Positions 39,098-50,030 of a stretch of 64,000 nucleotides of DNA are shown here, piece by piece. Where the stretch lies: positions 8,062,063 through 8,126,062 of the forward strand of contig CM082582.2 of assembly GCA_040954595.2 (NCBI GenBank), read 5' to 3'. Made by a program: the position numbers and the translations under genes. Every line of letters begins with the position of its first letter. Within the stretch, counting starts at the first letter, position 1. Under the pieces are notes generated by a model, which made no database searches, was not told where the DNA came from, and saw nothing but the letters and a program-made list of their open reading frames with translations. Source of the DNA: Balanoglossus misakiensis (taxonomy: Eukaryota; Animalia; Hemichordata).

Positions 39098-42000
39098 ATG
39101 CCTGCAATGGATAATGCAGTGGGGAGTACCGTCCCTGCATTTTTGACAAAACTGCTGGCTTTGGTGGAAGATCCGAAGACCGACGACCTTATACGATGGA
39201 GTCCGGTGAGTGTACATGTACAGTCAAGAGTACTGATGAACTTGGGACCCAGATATTTGTCAGTGAGATGGAGTGACAGCAGAGCTTCGTTAGGAACAGA
39301 AGTGATGTAGAACGCACCATTTCGATGCAAACTATGAGAATAGAATTGTAGAAGGGGTCGTAAAACGGGAAATTCGTGGAATGTGTGATCTGTTCGTCTG
39401 ATTTTACAGGACGTACTGGCGTGACCGACCAGTTGTTTTGATGTCTGACGCTATTATAAGCATGGAGGTCCCAGCATGGAGGGCGCTACACAAGTCAACC
39501 AGCCCGTGTTTGTGCTGAAGCAAAATGGGGTTGGGGTACACGGCATTCATAATGTGGCAATGTCCAGCTAATCATGAAATGTAAGGAATAGTCTGAGCAA
39601 ACGTCCAGGGTACTTGAGTTTGGTCGAATGAACATGCTACCTGAAATTCCCTGTGATACTGGCTGGCCCCTTCCTTTGTATAACATGCATTACCTTTGAG
39701 CAAAAATCATGAGACCCCTGATAGATCAATGTACATGTAGTCGTGAGCACAAGCCAACAGAACTTGATAACCTTTCCTTTAGTATCCCCACCTTAACTGA
39801 TAGTTTTTGTCTGTATTTTTCTGATGTCTGTTTGTTTATTTTTAGACTGGATCAACGTTCATAGTTGGAGACCATGGAAGGTTCTCCAAGGAGGTGCTTC
39901 CACGCTACTTCAAGCACAACAACATCGCTAGCTTTATCAGGCAGCTTAACATGTGTAAGTTTATGTCATATGGTTACCACTGAAAGTTGGTCATTTGAAG
40001 TCATATAAAAATCATTGTGTGGACATTTTAAATGTCCACACAAGTCTTGTTCAGTTTATAATTTGACAGAATAGTCAACAGATATATATATATAAACAGT
40101 GTTCAAAATGATTTCATATGTTTATGTGAGACAGACAAGGACATCACTACAATATTAACACCCAAGTTGTGCGTGAGAAAAACATGCAGCAAATGATGCC
40201 GTAAACTAATCCATATTTGGAATGTTTCTTGTGTAATGGTAGATGGTTTCAGGAAGATGGTTGGCATAGATGCTGGAGGTCTGAAGTCGGAGAAAGACGA
40301 GACGGAGTTTTTCCATCCAAACTTTGTGCGAGGGCAGCCGGATCAACTGGAACTGATCAGGCGCAAGGTGAGTCTCACAAGTCATGTTGTCCTTTCGAAG
40401 CGTCTAGGAGCAATATCTCTGACGTCCCTGAGAAAGTATACAATGGGGAAAAATACAGCATTTGGGATTAGATTCCGTATTTGTTTGTCTGATTCCAGGT
40501 GTCTTCATCAAAGGGAGACGAAGTGAAGGTGAAGCACGGCGACGTGACCCGCGTCTTGACTGAAGTCAAGCAGATGAAAGGCAAACAGGAAAACCTGGAC
40601 TCCAGATTGGACGGCATGAAGAGGTAGGCTTCACAGTAAAGTAGATAGCGTATCCTTTCACACACACACACACACACACCACTCCCTCCGTCCACCCCAT
40701 AATGAAATATCACCTGTCATTTGTTCTGGATTTTTTTTGCCAACAGGGAAAATGAAGCCCTGTGGAGAGAAGTGGCGGAGCTGAGGCAGAAACACGCCAA
40801 ACAACAGACCATCGTCAATCGACTGATACAGTTCTTATTGAGTCTGGTTCAGACATCGAGAACAGGTCTGAAGAGGCGAATGTAAGTCTGTTTTATCGAA
40901 AAATCTGACTGCTTTTTTGTCGTGTCTCAGTTTGTACTCGGTTCTGGTCATTTGAGTATAACATGCTGCATGTCAGGCTGGCAAAAACGGTCACCCCAAA
41001 ACAGTATGTTTCCCTCAGCATGCGGCCTGGGGAAACAGACCCTTTGAGGGTGACTGACATTTCTTGGGTAGACAGCTGTATGCTGTTGACCTCTAGGCCA
41101 ATCGATATGTGTACACTGTTTGCAAACATCAATGAAATGTTACAGATATATGTTACTCTTTACCAAGGCAAAGTCAGTTGTAACTTGCAACGTTGCCAGA
41201 AAATAAACTGTGAATTTCCCTAACTGACTCATGCCTTTTCAATCCACACAGGCCACTGATGTTAAACGACAGGACCGAAGCGCCGACTCCCAAGTCCACC
41301 AAATTTGAGCGATATCTGTCGATAGAGCCGACGACGTCAAATTCTTACGATTACGAAATACAGTCTGTAAGTATGACCGAATGGGGGGGGGGGGGGGGGA
41401 AACATTGGCATTGACTGCTTTCATCCCAACTGACTCTTTACCCTCTTCACCACCATGATTTGGCCCCAATCCCTTGTTTTCTATGGGGAAGTTCCACCTC
41501 TATAGAGGGTGGAACTTGAAGGGTTAAGGCCTACTTTGCCAGGGTAAGCGAATGTTGCGGTGAATTATGCTAAAAAATTATCGATCACTGCGACCTTAGT
41601 TCTTAGTTGCCGCGCTTGGATGCGGCAAATCTAGCAGCACAAACACAAAAATGTCATTGTTGCTGCCATTTGTCTGACACCATCATATAACCTGTAGATT
41701 ATTGAAGAGATCCTAAAATCATCTCAAGAAGCTAACATGCAGGTAAAAAGGTTATGATTACTAAGAGATGTCCACAGGAGGTGAACTTAGGGTGAGAAAT
41801 CAAGTTCGCTACCGTTCGGTAGTATCAGTGGACATAGAAACAACTTTGTTTTTCTAAAATGTCCCCTTGTCAGCTACTAAGACCCTCTACTGTAGTGCAA
41901 AGTCGTCTTTCATACAAGTTCATTCTCGGTAGGGGTCAGGTTTTTTTGAGTACTAGTATATTAGCCAAGTTATGTCCAAAAAAGTTGAACCAGATTATTA

Positions 42001-44064
42001 TAGTTTTTTCTTTTTTTTTCAGTCATCATCATCCAACAGTCCCACCAATCAAACTTCATCCGGGCCAGTCATTTCTGACGTGACGGACATATTAGGTACA
42101 GAAAGCCAGACTGTTGGTGGGGCAGAAAATCTGAACATTGGTGGGGAAGGGGACGCTGATGGTCTCGACGAGCCGACGGCTGAACAGGAAACGCCAGGGG
42201 GCGGCAACGGTGGGCTGGACAGTGATGCCACGGGACACGTAGCGCTGCAGGCCATCCTGCAGAGACTGGAGGGCAGCAACAGCATGGCGGCGCGACTGCA
42301 GCACGAGTTGGGTGCCATGGCCGCCGCGCCTGCCACCGACAGCTCCGGACTTGTGAATCTACCGGAGCCTTCCGTGGAGTCACCGCTGGAGAGTTTCATG
42401 GCAGCTGAAGGCGGTGGCGCAGATCCGAGTTCGAAGGCGCACACACACGCGAACGCGGAGGACGATTCCGCGGAAGCCACCGTTGCAGCTGAAACGCCGG
42501 AGTTGCAGCCGTCTGAAGCGAAGGACCTGAAACATCTTCAAGTGGCAGTGTCGCAGATTCCTAAGATTAGGTGAGATATTTATGTGTGTTTGCAATTTAT
42601 GTATTACAGGAGCAGTAGCTGTTTGTTTTATGCTGATTTTTCTCTGCCATCGACATCTATCAATCGACATACATTTGATGCATATTAGTGTAGTTTCATA
42701 ACGTCTACCAGTACAAAACGCACAAACTTGTCTAAAAATCTGTCAACCACCCCCGTCAGATTTTGAGAAAAGACCCCAGCACCATCTTGCTTGCCGCACA
42801 CACACCAAGTTGCCTTCACAGGAAAAAAGTTCACTGGAAAAATCTTAGTTTGGGTCATTTTTAACTCTGGTCAGTTGTTCTAGATGCGACTTGAACGAGC
42901 ACTGCGACAGCATGCAGAGCAACCTGGATCAGTTGCAGGGTTTGCTGTCTGGAGAGGCCTACAGTCTGGATCTCAGTTCCCTGGTGGAGGTAAAGATGAT
43001 TGTGAATCTGGTGAATTAGAAGTGATGGTATTTGAGAGATGGATTCTGTGTCGTGCGTGTGTGTGTGCAAACCACAAACAGTTGATTTGTTCTTTGAGAG
43101 TGAATACTGTTATTCACTACTTCACTCAACTAAACCCACTGTTGTCAATGCTGGAAATGGACCTTTGTATTGGAAAGCAGAGGTAATACATTTTCGTTAT
43201 CTTTGCACGTTTTTGCCCCAAAGTGAACACTTACATAATACAACAATGACAACATTAGATCTCTGTTCTGTTATATCCACTGCGTAGTTGTTTAATCCAA
43301 GTGCAGCAGATCAGCCAAGTCTGAGCAGCGACACTCTGGTAAGTAGAAGTCTGTGTTTCAAGAAATTTGATATCATTACCATATCATTTACACTGATGCA
43401 TGGTATTTCTGTTATCCATTATTCATTGTTGGGGGGGGGGGTCGCCATGGTTACCGCCCTCAAGTGTTGAATGCTAAAAATATCCTCTTGTCGGCCCTAT
43501 ACTTTGCATTTTGTTGCTGTGAATCATAGACACCTGAGGGGGGAAATATTTATCGCAAGTGTCTTCTAAAAATATTTATAGAAGATTTTAAAATGTATGT
43601 TGGGGAGTCATTGGCTGAATATGGTTAACAGTAACGCCTTTTTGATGGAATTTCCTGTTTTGTTTTACCTTGCAGAATCTTCTCAACACTTTGACAGATG
43701 ATTCCAGTGGAACAAACATTGCGAGTACAAGTAGTAACACCCATGCAGCTGGTAACATTGTAGGTAAGTCAGCTTCAAATGACCACTTGTGTGTTAGTGT
43801 GAGCTTGTTCTTGTGCATCTATGATGTAACAAAATTCGGGGTTGTCTAACCTCGAGAGTGTCATATAATTTGAACCCACACACTTACCAACACGCTATTT
43901 TACGCACTGCAGGAAATGAAGTCACGGCGTACAGCGGCCCAGCCAAGAATATTCTGGAAGATTTTGCGATTCCTAGTTTCTACGATCTCACAGATGAGTC
44001 AACGCCCATTTTTGACACGGAAGAATTTGACGAAAAATCGTCAGCGAAAAAGTCCACAGCTTGA
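39098..44064 (+). CDS. HSF1: Heat shock transcription factor (HSF1-like); join(39098..39205,39846..39954,40243..40367,40499..40623,40747..40881,41252..41366,42023..42570,42884..42989,43288..43338,43676..43763,43913..44064), about 553 aa; the start may be ATG 39107
   Basis: HSF DNA-binding domain: VPAFLTKL...[49 protein letters not shown] heptads: [30 protein letters not shown]. Also [17 protein letters not shown] and HR-C ([19 protein letters not shown]). All introns are GT-AG with consistent phases, total 1662 nt. Confidence 0.93.
41437..41527 (+). mobile_element. Same MITE family, copy in an HSF intron
   Basis: tttaccctcttcaccaccatgatttggccccaa...gtggaacttgaagggttaa aligns by eye with the reverse complement of 23655-23748. 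Confidence 0.55.
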
Positions 44065-44386
44065 AAAAGCATTTGATGATCAAATCATAAATTTACAAAA
44101 TTTACTAGTGTATGTTTGTTTGTCTGTTATTATTTTTTGTCACATGGTAAGTTTTTTTGATGTTTTGCGTTTAGTTAGGTTGTCTGTATTTCCTGCTTCA
44201 AGGTCAAGTTTTTCAATTGCTACATCCTCCATTATTTTGGATTGAAAGATGTTTTTTTTCAGTTCCAAACAACCATCGCGTCTCCATGTTTTGAACCAAG
44301 ACACATGGTTCTTGTTTCCCTTCAAGGTACATTACGCTGCAGCTGGTAAAATTAGTATTAGGAAGTTGAGGGACATGGCTGGTGTC

Positions 44387-44470
44387 TTAAACCCCCTTTC
44401 ACCACCATGGTTCAGTCCAACACAGTCATGGCCAGCCCCTCTCAATAACACATGGTAGTGGGGGGGGGGG
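44387..44470 (+). mobile_element. Partial copy of the same MITE family in the probable HSF 3' UTR
   Basis: ttaaaccccctttcaccaccatggttcagtccaa matches the left end of the 41437 copy. Confidence 0.4.
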
Positions 44471-45196
44471 AAGAGAACCCCACACATAATCTGTGATGCA
44501 TCAACGATCATGGGAGAGGTGTTCCCAATGTATATTCATGTTTAGAGGGAAACCATCCTCCCATACTTCCTAACTTAGCCTGGCTTAAAATTCACTCACA
44601 AGGCTGTTAATATACAGAAGTCTTTTTCGCTTGTGTTTAGTCAAATCCCTAACTGTTCTTTTTCCGAGAAGTAATGTTGGATATTCTTTTAAAGACATCA
44701 TGATATTACTGCATTGACACAGGTACATATTAGGCATTCCCCTTTTCTTTTGTTGAATATTTTCATACAAATTTTTGTTATCCACAGCCAAAACTGACAC
44801 GAGTTTGACATCGATTGAAGTCTACAGAGTTTCACATTAAATGAATCATTTGACAGGTACCTTAGTAATCATTTCATTCACCATTGCCAAAGTTTATGCT
44901 TCAGGGTCATAGTTCACTCCATCTCCAATCAGATTGGCAGTTTGGGTCATGTGACATGTGATACCCAATTGGATTCTTGCCATGGTGAGGGTAATGAGGA
45001 AAGTTTATTAAGACATCGTCTCTTGGGAAAACAAGAGAAAATCCTATTCTAGGCTCCCTGTGATTGACATCCGATGCCATGGCAACGGGAGCAGATGAAA
45101 TGCGCCGCACAACTGACCTGCCAAGTTTGTGCTACATTTTGAAATGTAAATTCAGTGTCAACTTCGAACCATGTAAATACTGCTTTTAATTGTACC

Positions 45197-45206
45197 AATA
45201 AATAAA
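45197..45206 (+). other. Probable polyadenylation signal of the HSF transcript
   Basis: Overlapping AATAAATAAA about 1.1 kb after the HSF stop, followed by GT-rich sequence and then the next gene's upstream region. Confidence 0.45.
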
Positions 45207-45573
45207 CATTAGTGCAGGCTTTCTGACACGGAGACGTATGGTTTGTGCTGTAACATTTATAGCAGCTTTGTGAGACCCCTCAATCTGCCCACCTGCTATT
45301 AGAAGATGGTGAATCCGAGACCTGGACACACTTTTTCTCGCTCAAAAATAGCCGGAAAGATTTCAGATGTATGTGATTGAATACAGGGGGACTTGGGGTG
45401 GCAGAGGGTGTTCCTTTTCGGGGGAGCGGTCGGGAGAGTAGCCGGCAAAGATTGTCAAAGCAGCCGATTGTTTTTGCCGTCCTGTCCCCCTGTCCCAGAA
45501 AGCAATGACGCGCGCACACGTGTCCATTATATTATGGCATGAGGTTCATTGTTCGAGAGTGTCATATTCCAAC

Positions 45574-47234
45574 ATGAACACGGCATCAGCAGTGATCAGC
45601 GAAAGTGGCGAATCCCTCGCGAAGAGCGATTTTCTCTCTTCGACGGGTGGGAACTGGAGCGATCTTCGGGTAACAACGGTGGACATGCACGTAGGCGGAG
45701 ACCCGCTGCGCATTGTCACGTCGGGCATTCCAGAAATCGAGGGAGACGGACTTCTCCAGAAGCTGGAGTTCTTCACGGCCAACTTCGGTCACGTCAAAAG
45801 AATACTGTTGTGCGAGCCGAGGGGACACCTGGATATGTTTGCGGCTGTCCTCGTCAAGCCTGACTTGCCCGGGGCTGACATCGCCGTCATCATTCTGAAC
45901 AACAGCGGAGACACCGTCACTTTTTGCGGACACTCAGTCATAGCCCTGGCGCGGTTCGCAGTCGACCACGGCTACGTCAAGGCCACCGAACCCGAGACGG
46001 CGGTCGGCGTCCAGTACCCTTGTGGGGTTGTGAAGACGCGAGTTGAATACAAAGCGGGTCAGAGCGGATCGGTGACCTTCCAATGCGTTCCAGCTTTTGT
46101 TTACGCCACAGGTGAACGATTCTTCTTTTCACTGGAATCCAGACTCTTGTGTGTGTGGTTTTTTCGTTAGGCTCTCACTCACACCGCCTGGCGAAAAAAA
46201 AAAACTTTTCACATATGTATATGTACTGGTAAAAGAAAGGGGCGCTGATTTTTGTACCAACATTAGTATATCAGTCGCTATTTCCTTTATAAAAGGCAAT
46301 CTCTCCTAATGTTAAACAGGTGTAACTCCTCTTACAGTTATTTCGATCTTCGCATCAAGCCTTTGAGCGAATCAAAAATTCAGTCGAAAGCAGTGGATTT
46401 TAATTCTCGAAATATGTGTTTGGACAATCTGATTACAAGAAATGTCCGGCGTCAATACGTTTGCTTGGTCTCTGATGTCAAAACAATTTCTCTTGCAGAC
46501 GTGGAAGTCGACGTTGCCGGCTTTGGCAAACTCAAAGTCGACATCAGTTACGGTGGTATGTTCTACGGGTTTCTGTCCGGCGACAAAGTAGGCGTCGATC
46601 TCGCCACGACACCGACCAGTAAAGTGAAGACCGTTGGTGGCGCTATCATAGAAGCACTCCGCCAACAAGTGAAAGTGGTCCACCCCGACGGCGACGATCT
46701 GGCAATTCTGTCCGGCGTTATAATCACTGATGGCCGAGACCAAGACCTGGTCAGCCTCCAATGTTGTGTCATCATGGGCAACATGGTAAGACGTTATGAT
46801 AGGCTTTTCTATTTTTTTCCGTACATCATCTTGCGTACGTCAATTGGAATAAAAATTGGCCATTTGTTGTGCAGCATCTACACCTCTTTTGTACAGCAGA
46901 AATAACCACGTGTAATTCCGCTCTCCCGGTACCCACTCCCCTCCCCTCCTCTCCCCCTCCTCCCCTACAGGTTGCCCGGGCTCCTTGCGGCAGCGGAACC
47001 ACAGCAAGAGTAGCCCTCCAACACCACCGGGGGCAGACGAAACTGGACGAGACCAAGGCCTTCGTCTCTTCCGTCACCGGCAGCCACTACACTGCCATGG
47101 CAACCGGCTCGACAAGGTTCGCTGGGCTCGACGCTGTCATTGTAGAAGTTAATGGCAGAGGATACTACACCGGTACTGCGACATTTGTGCTGGAAGAAGA
47201 CGACCCATTGAAACACGGGTTCCTGGTGAAGTGA
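45574..47234 (+). CDS. Proline racemase family protein (trans-3-hydroxy-L-proline dehydratase / L3HYPDH-like); join(45574..46111,46499..46785,46971..47234), about 362 aa
   Basis: Family motifs DMHVGGDPLRIV, EPRGH, FCGH, VPAFV, VDISYGGMFY, ARAPCGSGTTAR and C-terminal EEDDPLKHGFLV. Splice sites are canonical and phase-compatible. An upstream in-frame ATG exists at 45505. The symbol is withheld because the catalytic residues differ from L3HYPDH. Confidence 0.9.
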
Positions 47235-48141
47235 TTACACAAAGGAATGGTTAAGGGAGAGTTACACGAAATCGTCAAGACATTTTCAGATGCATATACT
47301 ACTCATGAAAGACAACGTTAAAACCCCTATACATTGTGCATGTACATACATTTTGGTGATTGTGGTGGTGGTGGTGGTGGTAGTATATTGCAAGATAATG
47401 GTTACAAAGGTGTGTAAGTCGGGACGGTCCGTGTCCGTATGGACACGTGATACAGCGGATATCAACTCTGACGCATTCGCCACACACGAGCAAGTAAATT
47501 TTCACCCATCAAATTGAACTAGAGATCATGCGCAAGCTGCTGCAAACGGCTTTATCTTTTGATTCACCGACTTAAACTAAGTCTGTCAATCTTTAAACGG
47601 ATGAACAGACCGATCCGAGAGTATTTTCGTCGTATTCGCTTGTTCTCGCGGCCTCCACAACTGTTTTACGGACTGGAACCGAACAAAGGCGAGATTTGGG
47701 GTAAAACCATAAATCGTCGTATGTGACATTTCCATGTACAGGTCTGCAATGATGAATTAATTAGGTTGTGGGGATAACTTTAAATGAAATATCCCAGACC
47801 CGTCCGTGTCTGCCAATGCATGTACATGTATGTGGAAATATCAGAGTAAACTCTTCTGAATTTAAGGTAGTGTTTTTTTTAACACGATGTTTTCTTCCCT
47901 GTTTTGAAAACTAATCCACACACACTTTAATATAGCAAAGATTTGAAAGGTTTATCATTTTTCTGAAAATCTGTTCCGGGGGCGTGCACTCCCTTAATAG
48001 ATCACTCTACTTCTGTAACATGTGGTTCTACACAGAACAACGGTATTAATCCGCTGTAACTAACTGCTCCCAGCTGTCGTTATCTGTCGTTCTCTTCTGA
48101 TCGGACTGAGCGGTGCGGCATCTCTGAGCGACCGCGCAGAT

Positions 48142-49365
48142 ATGACAACGAGGATGAGGATTCTGAACGCGGGCATGATCCGCAGGGAACACTTAAAATG
48201 CGCCTTGATCGGCACGTTCCTCGTTATTTCGTTGCTTGTAAGACACGAGTACACTTACCGGTATGCCGTCTTGAAGACCGATGCGGCGTGTGTGGACGCG
48301 AGGTCCGCCAGTGATGGCGACGAGGACGACGTCGCCTCCAACTGGGATGCGGACGAGCAAAGTGATTATCAGGATTTTTTCGTCGTCGACGGGGAGGAAT
48401 GGGAAGCCGGCGTCGACACAAGGAAATACATCGAAGCCAAATTCGGGAGTTTCTGCTACAAGCCGAAATATCCGTACTTTGTGACCACGGAGCAGCAACT
48501 CCACAACGAAAGTGAACTGGAGCGCCGGGGGTGTCAGAAACGGCTGCCCGACGTCATCATCGGCGGTGTGAAGAAGTGCGGGACAGGTGCGGTCTTGCGA
48601 TTTCTGAACCTCCACCCAGACGTCACCGGCTCGTCGCAGGCCGAAGTGCACTACTTCGACTCTCGGGGGAAGAAGGACCTGGCCTGGTACCGCGACCAGA
48701 TGCCGTACAGCACCAGAGAGCAGGTCGTGGTGGAGAAGACCCCCCAGTATTTCAACTTCCCTCACGACGCCCCCGAACGAATCCGCCGCGAGCTGTCGCC
48801 GGACATCAAAATTATATTCGTCCTGTGCGAGCCAGTGAGGCGGGCTGTGTCCGACTACCTCGAATACCAATGGAGGAACGAGACCGTACAGAGCGCCCGG
48901 GCCACTCGGAAAATCCGCAGCACCTTCGAATCCACCGTCGTCGACTTAGGCTTCTCCGAAAGCATCAAGGAGGGACAGGCAATCATCGACCTTGGCGTTT
49001 ACGTGAAATATCTAGTACGCTGGTACAACGTCTTCACCCCGGATAAGATTCTCCTGCTGGACGGGGCGGAGTTCTCGAAGGACCCGTACGAGGAACTCAG
49101 GAAAACCGAGAAATTCCTCGGTGTCCGTCAGTATTTCAGACCGGAGCACTTTTATGTCAACCCGGAGAGGGGAATACAGTGCGTCAAATTCCCGGGGAAG
49201 TACTGCTTGCCGAAGAGTAAGGGTCGCCAACATCCTTACATTGACCCCGGGGTGTGGGACAAATTGTGTCAGTATTACGCTCCTTACAACCGAATGCTTA
49301 AAGACTTGTATCAAGTGAATTTTCCGTGGATCGAAGTATTTCCAAGACAAGAACTTTTAAGTTAG
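48142..49365 (+). CDS. Heparan sulfate glucosamine 3-O-sulfotransferase-like (HS3ST1/5-like) type II membrane sulfotransferase, single coding exon, 407 aa
   Basis: N-terminal hydrophobic anchor (CALIGTFLVISLLV) and acidic stem. Catalytic domain motifs: RLPDVIIGGVKKCGT (5'-PSB), EVHYFD, WYRDQMP, EKTPQYF, EPVRRAVSDY (3'-PB) and C...CLPKSKGRQHP, all typical of the HS3ST/NDST sulfotransferase domain. Confidence 0.88.
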   Translation: MTTRMRILNAGMIRREHLKCALIGTFLVISLLVRHEYTYRYAVLKTDAACVDARSASDGDEDDVASNWDADEQSDYQDFFVVDGEEWEAGVDTRKYIEAKFGSFCYKPKYPYFVTTEQQLHNESELERRGCQKRLPDVIIGGVKKCGTGAVLRFLNLHPDVTGSSQAEVHYFDSRGKKDLAWYRDQMPYSTREQVVVEKTPQYFNFPHDAPERIRRELSPDIKIIFVLCEPVRRAVSDYLEYQWRNETVQSARATRKIRSTFESTVVDLGFSESIKEGQAIIDLGVYVKYLVRWYNVFTPDKILLLDGAEFSKDPYEELRKTEKFLGVRQYFRPEHFYVNPERGIQCVKFPGKYCLPKSKGRQHPYIDPGVWDKLCQYYAPYNRMLKDLYQVNFPWIEVFPRQELLS

Positions 49366-49889
49366 CGTCTTTTCTAGTAACCCTGCTCTAATCGATTAAT
49401 AATCAACACCTGAAGTGTGATGTCATTCTGTAATTCTATCCTTTAGTGACAATCCTTGAATTCCGAGATGTGTTTACGGTCCGTAGAAATTTCCGATAAA
49501 ACCTCAACAAAAAGACCTGTACGCTTCTGGATCCATCGTCGACATTGCTAGAATCGTCTATTCCCCGCCCCGTGAAGTTCAAAGGCAGTCATTTTCCAAC
49601 TCTCAAATACTTCACCAATATAACAGTGAAGGTATGGCATCTCTGTGAATTACTAGTAATTTGGGATTTATTGGGTTCTGACAGTGTAGGCTACTGTCTA
49701 ACGAAAAAAAGTGGGTACAACTCGAGAACGCTTGGACGGAGTACCGCCCAAATGTATTCACTGCGTTGCTCGTCAAACAGGTGGTTGTCAACATTACAAT
49801 GTGCCTCACGTTAGATACCAGTACGTGTGATGCTATGGAAGAGGGAGCCAATCTAATAACATGGCGTCCGCCATCTGTCATCGGTTTGT

Positions 49890-50030
49890 GTGTGTATGAG
49901 GACTCACCGCTACCACTTGCCTTTCCATTAAGTTCTTATCAATGACAGCACAGTGTCATCTAGTACGCTATATTTTTCAAGGTCTTTGGCTAAAACAGAC
50001 AACGTTCGAACCTCGGATACTGCGTATTTC
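49890..50030 (-). mobile_element. Degenerate tRNA-derived SINE fragment
   Basis: The minus strand reads GAGGTTCGAAC (B-box) ...CCAAAGACCTTGAAAAAT...GTACTAG, resembling the head of SINEs common in marine invertebrates (from memory). Boundaries are approximate. Confidence 0.35.

Noticed and set aside
38900-39400. Heat shock elements near the HSF start (autoregulation)
   Set aside because: Only imperfect nGAAn arrays were found (for example GGAAATTCGTGGAAT), no better than chance.
48193-49046. Overlapping ORFs on the sulfotransferase
   Set aside because: Antisense or frame shadows of a GC3-rich CDS.
45574-49365. Racemase-like gene and sulfotransferase as an operon-like biosynthetic pair (about 0.9 kb apart, same strand)
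   Set aside because: One is predicted cytosolic and the other a Golgi membrane glycan enzyme; only proximity links them.
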